From positions 1-64,000 of IMG/VR virus record IMGVR_UViG_3300025735_000003: a DNA stretch of 64,000 bases, one strand, 5' to 3'. The position numbers and the translations under genes are program-made. Origin of the DNA: a virus (lineage: Duplodnaviria > Caudoviricetes). Positions 50,493-59,249 of this stretch are shown here, piece after piece (within the stretch, counting starts at the first letter, position 1; each line of letters begins with the position of its first letter). The notes beneath the pieces were generated by a model. The model saw only the letters and a list, made by a program, of their open reading frames with translations, did no database searches and had not been told where the DNA came from.

Positions 50493-51182
50493 ATGAGACA
50501 CTTTCTATCTGCAACACTTATGTTCCTAACCCTAGCTGTATTCACTATAAATGCGAATGCTACAGTCACATGGATTCTGCTTGGCGATAGTATCATGTCG
50601 GATGTACCGGGAGGTACAGCAAGTCAGTTATCAATCAATCTTGTAAGTAATGAGAGAGATGTTATATTCAAGAGTATCGCATCTCCCGGTATAGGACTGG
50701 GGCAATCTGGTCAATATGGTTATAATACTAATAGTCTTGATGATACGCTGACTCGCATTGGTGGATTTTACAGTGCATACCACGGCATCATGATTCAAGC
50801 TGGTACAAATGACTATTCAATGAATGTGCCTTGGCAAGACACTTATTCATCGTTAACAAGAATAATGCTTCATGCCCGAAATCACGGGAAAAAAGTTATG
50901 GTGTTAGATCCACTGTGGAGGAACGGGGAAGGCAATAAAAATACACTGGGCTATGACCTAAGTACTTATCGGTACATAATGAAAACTGTCTGCACTAAAG
51001 ATTTTGCAGACGTCTGTCGGTTTGCTCCAAGGGAGCACACTTTCATGGGTACAAGTGCAGCATGGAACTACTACAAAGCAGAGGAGGTGACGAATGGCAC
51101 ACAGTTGCACCCTAACGCTACAGGGCACCGATACATGGCGGATTGGATTAAAGCGGAAGGTGCTGAGTTTGGTTACTTTTAG
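50493..51182 (+). CDS. Exported SGNH/GDSL hydrolase (esterase/deacetylase)
   Basis: Signal peptide MRHFLSATLMFLTLAVFTINANA; GDS block I, G block II, GTND block III, LHPN block V. Confidence 0.85.
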   Translation: MRHFLSATLMFLTLAVFTINANATVTWILLGDSIMSDVPGGTASQLSINLVSNERDVIFKSIASPGIGLGQSGQYGYNTNSLDDTLTRIGGFYSAYHGIMIQAGTNDYSMNVPWQDTYSSLTRIMLHARNHGKKVMVLDPLWRNGEGNKNTLGYDLSTYRYIMKTVCTKDFADVCRFAPREHTFMGTSAAWNYYKAEEVTNGTQLHPNATGHRYMADWIKAEGAEFGYF

Positions 51183-51210
51183 TCTTTCAGTGGTTGATAA
51201 ATTTTAAGCA

Positions 51211-51251
51211 AAAGAAAGCCTCGCTTCCCATTGACGGAGAGCGAGGCTTTT
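51211..51251. terminator. Bidirectional terminator between convergent units
   Basis: AAAGCCTCGCT...AGCGAGGCTTT with A/T tracts both sides; TTGACG in the loop. Confidence 0.8.
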
Positions 51252-51311
51252 AAATAGCTGAGATATAGTGAATGGCGAGGCTTTTAAATAGCTGAGATAT
51301 AGTGAATGGCG
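51241..51311. repeat. Perfect 34-bp tandem duplication
   Basis: GCGAGGCTTTTAAATAGCTGAGATATAGTGAATG x2 (51241-74, 51275-308) plus GCG. Confidence 0.95.
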
Positions 51312-51353
51312 TCACTATTCAAATGTCTTCTAGGGAAGTTCTTATTCTTAGAT

Positions 51354-51695
51354 TTAATTATTTGTCAGAGTGTTGATATTATTGTTGATTACTTTCTGAC
51401 TCAATTTCTTATCTTGCTCTAACATATCAACACGCTTAGTCAACAAACTAATCTGTCCGCTACTTGTATTCTGATAGTTATCTTGTTTCTCATCTGTTCT
51501 GTTGATTCGTGTTTCCAGATAGGCAGTGTTGTTACCAACCAACTTAACCATCTCTTGCTTTGCACTCTCAAGCTTATTACTGAAAGCTAGGCTATCATCA
51601 CCAGACTTATTACTAATAAAAAGAACAGATGCCATAAGGATTAGGACAGTGAAGTGAATAATGTCAATCGCCCTCTTAAGAATATCCCATCCCAT
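51354..51695 (-). CDS. Single-TM coiled-coil protein (lysis cassette)
   Basis: N-terminal TM, long polar helix. Confidence 0.7.
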   Translation of the reverse strand: MGWDILKRAIDIIHFTVLILMASVLFISNKSGDDSLAFSNKLESAKQEMVKLVGNNTAYLETRINRTDEKQDNYQNTSSGQISLLTKRVDMLEQDKKLSQKVINNNINTLTNN

Positions 51696-51707
51696 AAGTG
51701 AAGCTCC

Positions 51708-52022
51708 TTAGTTCTTATTCTTTATGCTGCCTAGATAACGATCAAGCTGACGCATAATGTCTTGTTGATTAGAGTCAATTCTTTGTGCTAGGTTAGAAAA
51801 ACCTGCATCCATTCTGCTGTTAGTCCTGACTTCCATCTCACGCATATCTGACTTCCCAACCTTATCCATCTGAAGGAGGACAATCTTGTCATTAGCAGAA
51901 CGTACATCATTTACAACATCTTTATAGGCCATGCCCATATATGTAACCACTAATGTGAGCAAGGCTATACAAGCACGCTCCCACAGGTTATTCATCCGTT
52001 CATTAGCACTATCATTTGGCAT
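51708..52022 (-). CDS. Single-TM coiled-coil protein, holin/antiholin candidate
   Basis: ACIALLTLVVTYMG TM; start probably 52022. Confidence 0.6.
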   Translation of the reverse strand: MPNDSANERMNNLWERACIALLTLVVTYMGMAYKDVVNDVRSANDKIVLLQMDKVGKSDMREMEVRTNSRMDAGFSNLAQRIDSNQQDIMRQLDRYLGSIKNKN

Positions 52023-52302
52023 TGTAGAGTTCCATCTGAAATTTCTTGTTCTTACGGATAGCATCCATCTGTTTTTCCCACAAACCAATACAACCCACAT
52101 TCTTGTTCTGTGCAAGAGCTAGGTCAATCAAACTCTCACCGGCAGGTTTAGCACGGCAAGGGCTCACAAGAAGTACATCACTTGGGTAGACATTCGTTAT
52201 CATTGGGGTAGGTGGTGCAATAACCTTGTTTGAGCAGCTGGACAATACGAGGACTAAGCAACCCATCGTCAGGTAGGACAGAACTTTCTTTAAGACTTTC
52301 AT
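52012..52302 (-). CDS. o-spanin (Rz1-like lipoprotein)
   Basis: Lipobox LSS-C, Pro-rich PPTP..YP, overlaps the i-spanin end. Confidence 0.8.
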   Translation of the reverse strand: MKVLKKVLSYLTMGCLVLVLSSCSNKVIAPPTPMITNVYPSDVLLVSPCRAKPAGESLIDLALAQNKNVGCIGLWEKQMDAIRKNKKFQMELYNAK

Positions 52303-52612
52303 TCTTAATTATCTCTTGTTTTACTTGAGGCTTTGGTAATCTTAGTTTCTCAATATTGTCAGATACCACTTCAATTTTAGTTTGAAGATCTTTTTTCTCA
52401 GCTTCCACTTCAACTACTGAAGTATGATCAATCTTACAGCTCAAATCCTTTAAGTTAAGGGACTTTTGCATATCAGAATTGACGTTGATGGCTTGGGTAA
52501 GTGCTTCCACAGCTATCACTTTATCGTCGTGTAGAGATAGAGAAAGCCAACCTAAAGCTGCTGTACTTGCAGACAATCCAAGGATAATGTAGAACGTTAA
52601 ACTATTGAACAT
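52178..52612 (-). CDS. i-spanin (Rz-like)
   Basis: N-terminal TM, coiled coil, C-terminal C..YP...C; RBS before ATG 52612. Confidence 0.75.
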   Translation of the reverse strand: MFNSLTFYIILGLSASTAALGWLSLSLHDDKVIAVEALTQAINVNSDMQKSLNLKDLSCKIDHTSVVEVEAEKKDLQTKIEVVSDNIEKLRLPKPQVKQEIIKNESLKESSVLPDDGLLSPRIVQLLKQGYCTTYPNDNECLPK

Positions 52613-52847
52613 TATCCTCTTCCTTATCAGAGCTTTGCTTAATAAATTTACCAGCAGCACCTAAGCAAGCAACAAACCCCATTGCTAGAATAATGTATGT
52701 AGGGCTCAATGAAACAAGCCCCATACCAAACGCTAGACTAAGGCCGTAGGCAACACTGAGGAGGACAGTGCCAACTAACGATAGGAAAGAGTAAGACTTC
52801 AGATGAGCAATAGGATTATCAATTATCTTTGGTTTCTTTATCTTCAT
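52602..52847 (-). CDS. Two-TM holin (pinholin-like)
   Basis: 81 aa, two TM helices, charged ends, directly after endolysin. Confidence 0.65.
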   Translation of the reverse strand: MKIKKPKIIDNPIAHLKSYSFLSLVGTVLLSVAYGLSLAFGMGLVSLSPTYIILAMGFVACLGAAGKFIKQSSDKEEDNVQ

Positions 52848-53385
52848 TGGCTAAATCCTTTACTTCTTGTGGAACATCACCTATGCACCATAGGTACTCT
52901 GCTGAGGCCCTGTTAATCAAACCTTTGATAACAACCTTTTCACCTTTCATGTTCTTGCCATAAACCCATTTGTTAAGTTCATCGCAAACAAGGTCGTGTC
53001 TACCAGCATTGAAATACTTCAGCATTGTGCTAGATTGCAGATTGCCAATCCCCTTGTTAAAGGTGAAATCTAGCATTGCTCCATATTCCCAATCTGACTT
53101 GAAAGGAACTTTAGTAACAGAGCGCAGTTGTTTATCGTGTTTGATAAGATCATCTGCATACTTCTGAATACACTGATCATAAGTAAGAGACTTCCCAACC
53201 TTAACATCTGGTCCCGTACTTCCTAGACAAATAGTAGGAACACCACCTGTATCTAGGTAAGTTTTCAGAACAGGTTGCCCATTAGGTGCCTCAGAAGGTG
53301 CTGTCATAAATGCACCGACTAATGCCAAGGAGCTAGCAAGACCAACCCCAAGAAGCTTTTTATACAAATTAGAGTTGATGCTCAT
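52819..53385 (-). CDS. SAR-type endolysin, GH24 lysozyme
   Basis: Gly/Ala-rich N-terminal SAR helix; E...YLD.GGVPTIC.G; FN.G; GLINR. Confidence 0.88.
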   Translation of the reverse strand: MSINSNLYKKLLGVGLASSLALVGAFMTAPSEAPNGQPVLKTYLDTGGVPTICLGSTGPDVKVGKSLTYDQCIQKYADDLIKHDKQLRSVTKVPFKSDWEYGAMLDFTFNKGIGNLQSSTMLKYFNAGRHDLVCDELNKWVYGKNMKGEKVVIKGLINRASAEYLWCIGDVPQEVKDLANEDKETKDN

Positions 53386-53398
53386 ATTACCTCAATAC

Positions 53399-53560
53399 TC
53401 AGATAAACAAAGATTTCATAGAGTCCATAAAAGTGATATACCGAATATCATCTTCCTCCACCTCACCAAGATTTTCCCAAACCTCTGGATCTTGCTCACA
53501 AGTAAACACTGTAGAAACAGTCTCTTCTGTACTATCAGAAAAAGCAACGTATATAATCAT
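53399..53560 (-). CDS. Small acidic tail-fibre-associated protein (53 aa, not in ORF track)
   Basis: MIIYVAFSDSTEETVSTVFTCEQDPEVWENLGEVEEDDIRY...; sits between fibre and endolysin. Confidence 0.7.
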   Translation of the reverse strand: MIIYVAFSDSTEETVSTVFTCEQDPEVWENLGEVEEDDIRYITFMDSMKSLFI

Positions 53561-53567
53561 ATTAATC

Positions 53568-54674
53568 TCAGACTGTGTAGGAGCTTACATTCACCACGAC
53601 ATTATACGTCCCCAACGAGGCCACTCCACGATAATAGAGGGTTTGAGGGGTTGCAATAGGTATAGAGGGGAAAGAGCTTACCATTGTTGCGTTAGCTGTT
53701 GGGCTAGTTGTTCCACAAGCCACCCTGCCGATTTCAAGGGAAGACCCAGATATAACCAAGCTGCATCCAGCCCCCGCGCTGGAAGACCCAACAGTAAAAT
53801 CTCCCCGGCAGGAATTGGCATTTCTAGGAACTACAGCAGCAATAGAGAATGATGTCAAACTAGCCTGTTGAGTAGATGTAGCCAACACCGTATTTGTCAG
53901 TAAACCAACTTCTCTGCCAGCCTGTACATACTGCACGAACTGGTTACTTCCATTTGTAGGAAGTACACTTATAAGTGCAGAAGAAGTATACCCCGAAGGC
54001 ATGTTTACGCCGGGGTAGACATTTGAAAGCACCACACTTGTTGCGTTCACCCCCAACAACGCACTAACACCAGTAGTGGGGTTGTAAATAGCATATACAC
54101 CAACATAGCCAGATGTTGGTGCAGCCCCAGTATCCATTCCACCAACCCCTACCGTTGCAATATTTAAAGATTTACTGAAGGATGATAGCTTATATCGTGC
54201 ACCTGTGAACCCCACCCCGACAACCAGCTCATCTGCCGTAAAAGATGTTGTGGTGCTAGCCGCAGCAAGAGAGGACTTTAAGTTCAGCTCTTTCCCTACA
54301 ATAGTTCCAGCTGCTGCAAGAGCTGCTGAATCAATCCAAGCTATTTTCCAATAAGTGTCGGTGGTGTCTGTGGTGGGGTTCTGCCCGAGACTGTCTTGGA
54401 CCGCTACATAAACTACACCATCAGATCCTTGCACATAAGAACGCACGCCAGATGTGGTAAAATAATAGTTAGATGCAGCATCCCATTCACTAATCCCTTT
54501 CTGAAATAAGTGCAGAATTGCATTGTCTTGACGATTCTGGAGAAAGTTTTCCCACTGAAAAGGTGGTACTTCTGCTGTCCAACCTGTTTGAATTTTAACA
54601 TTACTTGGTGATACAATTGCACCACCAGAAGACCACTGGTAGGAGAAGTCTGGTTTTACAACTTCGTTAGCCAT
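53568..54674 (-). CDS. Tail fibre protein
   Basis: N-terminal W..GG...P....I.TGW..E.PP.QWEN anchor; position after wedge; beta-rich C-terminus. Confidence 0.85.
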   Translation of the reverse strand: MANEVVKPDFSYQWSSGGAIVSPSNVKIQTGWTAEVPPFQWENFLQNRQDNAILHLFQKGISEWDAASNYYFTTSGVRSYVQGSDGVVYVAVQDSLGQNPTTDTTDTYWKIAWIDSAALAAAGTIVGKELNLKSSLAAASTTTSFTADELVVGVGFTGARYKLSSFSKSLNIATVGVGGMDTGAAPTSGYVGVYAIYNPTTGVSALLGVNATSVVLSNVYPGVNMPSGYTSSALISVLPTNGSNQFVQYVQAGREVGLLTNTVLATSTQQASLTSFSIAAVVPRNANSCRGDFTVGSSSAGAGCSLVISGSSLEIGRVACGTTSPTANATMVSSFPSIPIATPQTLYYRGVASLGTYNVVVNVSSYTV

Positions 54675-54689
54675 TAATATATTTCCTTG

Positions 54690-55439
54690 TTAGAGGAGCT
54701 GACCATATTGTCCGCCCAACGATAAATCACTTAAATCTCCATAACCTTTGGCGTTAGGAGCACCTTGAAAACCAAAGAAGTTTTCAGCAATAAATTGTCC
54801 AAAGTTAATTCTTACACCAATGGGTTTAGGAACAAACCTTGAAGGATAACCTGAAGAGTAGGATGTATAATTTAGTAGCACCCTCTCAAACGAAGTAAGG
54901 ACACGCCCCATCATCAATGTAAATTCAGCATTACCTTCCGCAACCACTAGATTAATATCAATACCGAATACGAATTGCATGAATTCAATAAATTGGTTTG
55001 GTGTAGCATTTGTATTGTTCTTAATAATTTTAGCTTTGATAAACAGACGGTATTGCTCGTCTGTAAGGAGTGTGTTCCCAGCCAGTGGATTGTTGATGTC
55101 GTAATAAGGTCCGCCAAGAGATGGGTTATCCAAATCACCATAGGACTGAGCATCTGGATAACCTTGGAAGGCAAAGAATACAAGGAGTGCTGTATCAATA
55201 AGCTCTCTCGGTTGACCAACAATATCTCCAATGATGTCTAGTTGAGCACCAACAGCAGTGTCGATAGATCGTTCTTGCATCAATTGACGGAAGACTTCTT
55301 GAAGCTCAATCTTGCCACCGAGGAGGAGTTGGAGGTACTTGTCAAACACCGGGTGGTCATCAGTTTTGAACTGTTCAGTTACACGAGAGCGAGCAACTTC
55401 TAGGTACTCTTGAATCTCAAAAAGGTTGACTTCTGACAT
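54690..55439 (-). CDS. Baseplate wedge protein (DUF2612-like)
   Basis: SIDTAVGAQLDIIG.IVG; L.D..YRLFIKAKI..N. Confidence 0.85.
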   Translation of the reverse strand: MSEVNLFEIQEYLEVARSRVTEQFKTDDHPVFDKYLQLLLGGKIELQEVFRQLMQERSIDTAVGAQLDIIGDIVGQPRELIDTALLVFFAFQGYPDAQSYGDLDNPSLGGPYYDINNPLAGNTLLTDEQYRLFIKAKIIKNNTNATPNQFIEFMQFVFGIDINLVVAEGNAEFTLMMGRVLTSFERVLLNYTSYSSGYPSRFVPKPIGVRINFGQFIAENFFGFQGAPNAKGYGDLSDLSLGGQYGQLL

Positions 55440-55448
55440 ACAACCTCC

Positions 55449-56888
55449 TTAAGTTATAATGATGTTTACGCTTGAAATTGAGGCAATACTGTCGAAGCTA
55501 ATTGGAATATTAATAGTTCCAACCGGACTTGGAGAGGTGCCAATAGTGAGTGTGTTAACTTGATGACCGCTGACTGCGTTTATTGGGGTGTAGACACGGC
55601 TATATATGACATCATCCCCTGTGCCGAAGTTAGCGGCAAAGTATGCAAGGATGTTAGAACGAATAAGATCATTACCATTAGCTGGGAAGTTCACATCTGT
55701 AGTGATATCCATGCTAATGTAGGTAACAACTGGGTTTGGACGTGAGAAACTAACAGCGTGAGGAGAACCTTGCACGTCATTAATGTTTACAGTGGTATTA
55801 CCGTAACTCAAGATACCAACAGGCTTATTGTTCCAGATTGCATTAGCAATATCTGTAGACAACCCACCAGAAACAATGGGGAGGAAGCTGTGTGCAGGGA
55901 CGCCATTACCATCTACTACGCTTGTATCATTCTCATAGATAGTGACTTCACTCACATTATCAAGATTGATAAGAGCAGAGTAGATGGCATCTAATGTGTT
56001 AGTTGCTCGATCAAACTTACCGTTACGAAAGCGTAAACGAAGCTCTTCATCCGTTTCACGATCTTCACCGGGAGTTGCAGCAACTGGGTTGTTTACACTA
56101 TCCCATCCAAGCATCGGTGTAAGAATGGTATCAATAGTATTTGCTGGTTGAACAATGATGCCAGAGTCTACAGCAACCACTTCCCCGACGGTTCTTACCT
56201 TGTTAATACCAAGATTAACAGAAGTAGTGAAGCTTACGGTCTGGAAGATATCATTACGATCAATTACAAGCGTGGTGCCAACAACAGAAGAAGTCAGTGT
56301 TGGGTGAGCACCAGCAATAACACTTTGCATTCCAGAAAGAATCTCTGCGAGCGTAGCACTCGCATCAGATGTAAATGTGATGGTGTTAGAGGTTGTTGTA
56401 TTGGCATAAGTGATGGTGTAAGCAGTGCTATTCTGTAGGGTGACTACGGAGATGGTAATGCCGCTAGCGTTGCTGGCTGCTAGAGAAATCGCGCCAGTTG
56501 TAGTGAATTGCTCACCAGTTGTAGAGCTACTTACAGTCTGTCCTACAGGGATAAGTGTATTAGTGTCACCAGCAACTAGAATAGACGAAGTAGTGAAGGT
56601 TTGCTCTTTACGTGTCAGACCGGCATAGGCTACGAGGTTATCAAGAGCAATGCCCGTAGCAGAGTTTGGGTCAAAGGCTGCGTAGACTTCTTGGGCAGCT
56701 TCCCATAGGTCGGCTTCACTTGGGGAATCTAATGCAATCAAACGGCCTAGAATAGAGCTGGAGGACGTGTCAACAATATCTCCAACAGCTACTAAGTCTT
56801 GGAATAGCTGGACAGCAAGGGCGGCTTTATCCCCATAGATTTCAGTAAGCCTTTTAATTATAAATCCCGCGTCTGTTACGCCCGCCAT
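55449..56888 (-). CDS. Baseplate J-like wedge protein
   Basis: A.G.ALD.L....G..R; GEDRETD.ELR.R; PAHS. Confidence 0.9.
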   Translation of the reverse strand: MAGVTDAGFIIKRLTEIYGDKAALAVQLFQDLVAVGDIVDTSSSSILGRLIALDSPSEADLWEAAQEVYAAFDPNSATGIALDNLVAYAGLTRKEQTFTTSSILVAGDTNTLIPVGQTVSSSTTGEQFTTTGAISLAASNASGITISVVTLQNSTAYTITYANTTTSNTITFTSDASATLAEILSGMQSVIAGAHPTLTSSVVGTTLVIDRNDIFQTVSFTTSVNLGINKVRTVGEVVAVDSGIIVQPANTIDTILTPMLGWDSVNNPVAATPGEDRETDEELRLRFRNGKFDRATNTLDAIYSALINLDNVSEVTIYENDTSVVDGNGVPAHSFLPIVSGGLSTDIANAIWNNKPVGILSYGNTTVNINDVQGSPHAVSFSRPNPVVTYISMDITTDVNFPANGNDLIRSNILAYFAANFGTGDDVIYSRVYTPINAVSGHQVNTLTIGTSPSPVGTINIPISFDSIASISSVNIIIT

Positions 56889-56901
56889 ATCTTTGAATCC
56901 T

Positions 56902-57276
56902 TTAAATTATATTGTTTAGCGTAATCAGAGATGTATTCTCACCATTCACCACTTTGGCTTGAAACACTAAGGAATACTGTCTGTTCTTGAATGTAGACTT
57001 GAAGGAGACAATTTCCTTAACACCGACTTCCGAGAGAATTTGGCTTTGAAATATTAGGTCAGTAGCGGCTTTACTTACTTGCTTGTGGCCGAGCAAAGAT
57101 TGAAAGTAGGGAACACCATAAGTAGTGTCCCAAAACCACTCTTCCAAAAAAGTCTGTAGCCGAATACGCAAACGTTGTTCTACAGTTTGAGTAAATGGTT
57201 GGGTTGTATATTCTTTAGTGAGAGGGCCGTTAAAGAATACAGCATCGTTGGTTTCAACTATAAGTAGTAGATCCAT
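56902..57276 (-). CDS. Baseplate wedge/sheath initiator (gp25-like)
   Basis: V.QRL.IRL.TF..EWF.D..YGVPY. Confidence 0.8.
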   Translation of the reverse strand: MDLLLIVETNDAVFFNGPLTKEYTTQPFTQTVEQRLRIRLQTFLEEWFWDTTYGVPYFQSLLGHKQVSKAATDLIFQSQILSEVGVKEIVSFKSTFKNRQYSLVFQAKVVNGENTSLITLNNII

Positions 57277-57277
57277 A

Positions 57278-58024
57278 TTAAATCATTGTCCCCGAAGTTC
57301 CTGTACCAACCGTAACACCTGTATGCTTATGCAGGTTGATGTTAATAGTATTAAGTATGTAAGTTCCAGTTTGAGTGTAGTCACCCTGCTGAACAATCTT
57401 ACCTATCCACAAGGTATTGGGTACATCCACCGTCATAGTTTCGGCATTAAGATTGATACTTTCAGAGGCATTCACAGTGGCGTTGGCACAATTAATGATT
57501 ACATCTTTGTTAGATGTATTAATCTCAATATTACCATCAGCTTTAATTCTTACTTCAGCTTCAGAACCACCGACATTGGAGAACATGACAGTATCTTTAG
57601 TGTCATGAGTAAGAACATGCTTACCAACACTGTTTACTGATACGCCGGGAGGCTGGATACCGGGAATAAAGATTGCATCCCCTTTATCCATCTTAGCAAA
57701 GTTCATTGGGCTTGCTGGTCTACCATTACCACCCTTCCAACCATCCATATTCCTCATAGAGAAAATGGCTGTCCCAGTATCTCCGGGGTTGATTGGGAAA
57801 GTCATGCCGCCAGTATTGCTTACAGGAAAGGAGATTGGAACACCAAGAATCACAGTACGTTCTTTAATAGTCCCATCTTTAAACTTTTGATTAATAGTTG
57901 GTTGGATGTCTACAGTAGAACCATCTCTTACACTAACTACAATACAAGGGATTGCTGTGTAAAGGTTATTAATTTGAGAGTTAAAGGCTGACACTATAAG
58001 ATCTTGAATAACATCTGTTGTCAT
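57278..58024 (-). CDS. Baseplate central spike (Gp138-like)
   Basis: VP..FP..G..TFPI..GD.G; beta-helix; HKH metal tip. Confidence 0.88.
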   Translation of the reverse strand: MTTDVIQDLIVSAFNSQINNLYTAIPCIVVSVRDGSTVDIQPTINQKFKDGTIKERTVILGVPISFPVSNTGGMTFPINPGDTGTAIFSMRNMDGWKGGNGRPASPMNFAKMDKGDAIFIPGIQPPGVSVNSVGKHVLTHDTKDTVMFSNVGGSEAEVRIKADGNIEINTSNKDVIINCANATVNASESINLNAETMTVDVPNTLWIGKIVQQGDYTQTGTYILNTININLHKHTGVTVGTGTSGTMI

Positions 58025-58911
58025 TAAGTGGTTACCTTCTCTAGTGCCGTTGCTCTTATTTCCGTATACCAGTCATTGGAACGCCATCCGCCAGTATGAC
58101 GAAGGTCATCTACTCGGAACCAACCTGTAATAAGGGAGTCTTCAAGTTTGATGATATCTCCGGCCACAATGTCAGGGTTCAATAGAATCTTAAGTTGAAC
58201 ACCGGGTTTACGGGCTTGGTCTTTCTTTGACCTACGCTTATCACCAGCAACACGATATGCTTTATCCATCAACCCTGTATAACGAGAGATGACGTAAGCT
58301 TGTGGGAAGTTCTCGGTGTTTGCCCTATCAATGTTGTGCAGGTAAAGAGTGTCACCCTCAACTTGCCAATCTACAGCGTACTTTTCAGACAGCTCGTCAA
58401 GCATCTCGCGAGGAGTACCCATTAAAGGGTAACCGTAGATAATTGGATTATTAAGGTTAGTTCCGTTGTACAACCCACGAGAGACACCCGGAAGATTCTT
58501 TCTAATAGCTTCAGCTACATCTCTAACTGTACCACCCGGAGGAACCAACTCACTCAACACTTGGTGATTAAGTTCTGTGTACCCAGCCCCCATCTGAATT
58601 TGAGTAACCCGGTCAGCACCACTTTTACGTGTACTCACGTTAGTTACTTTACCAGAGAATAGAAGCTTTATCCCGCCTGTATCTTTATAGCCAGTAGAGA
58701 AGGAAGCAACAGGGTAGTCTAAGTCAAGTAGTTTTAATGATTCATCTGAAAGATTATAGATTTCAATGGCTGCTGAGTTTGTTCGCTTTTTATTATTCGT
58801 GCTTTTGCTGATATCAAAGGTAACTTGCAAACTATCAACTAACAAACCTTGTTTATTTTTGTAATCCCCAATGATTAGTTGGTAGACTCTGTTTCGTTGA
58901 TAAATTTCCAT
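58024..58911 (-). CDS. Baseplate hub
   Basis: TFDI.KS...N.A.I.IYNL; LLNP.I..G. Confidence 0.8.
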   Translation of the reverse strand: MEIYQRNRVYQLIIGDYKNKQGLLVDSLQVTFDISKSTNNKKRTNSAAIEIYNLSDESLKLLDLDYPVASFSTGYKDTGGIKLLFSGKVTNVSTRKSGADRVTQIQMGAGYTELNHQVLSELVPPGGTVRDVAEAIRKNLPGVSRGLYNGTNLNNPIIYGYPLMGTPREMLDELSEKYAVDWQVEGDTLYLHNIDRANTENFPQAYVISRYTGLMDKAYRVAGDKRRSKKDQARKPGVQLKILLNPDIVAGDIIKLEDSLITGWFRVDDLRHTGGWRSNDWYTEIRATALEKVTT

Positions 58912-58913
58912 GT

Positions 58914-59249
58914 TTACTCTTCGTCGTCATAGATATAAAAGAATGAGTAAAACTGATTGATTGAATCAGGATACCTTTTATAAGCTTCAGTTTTAATTTC
59001 AGCTTTCTCTTCCAACCAAAAGAAACCAGTTAGCGGGAAAGTGGCATAGTCTTGTAGAATTGGATAATCTGGAACCATAGCCATACTGGAAACAATCACT
59101 TCATTATCGGCTGTCAACAGTGTAAGAAAGTACAACTGACAGCGTTCATTGTAAGTGAATTGCAGCATATAGGATACGCCTTGCAAAGCCACAGGATACT
59201 CATAAAATGCATCTGGAAATAAGTCCAGTGAGATATATTTAAGTGCCAT
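58914..59249 (-). CDS. Baseplate/virion structural protein
   Basis: Position and size in conserved myovirus order. Confidence 0.7.
   Translation of the reverse strand: MALKYISLDLFPDAFYEYPVALQGVSYMLQFTYNERCQLYFLTLLTADNEVIVSSMAMVPDYPILQDYATFPLTGFFWLEEKAEIKTEAYKRYPDSINQFYSFFYIYDDEE

Noticed and set aside
51241-51311. Possible mini-CRISPR array
   Set aside because: Two repeats are directly adjacent with no spacer; no cas genes
53433-53852. 139-aa plus-strand ORF
   Set aside because: Antisense to the tail fibre and the 53-aa partner gene
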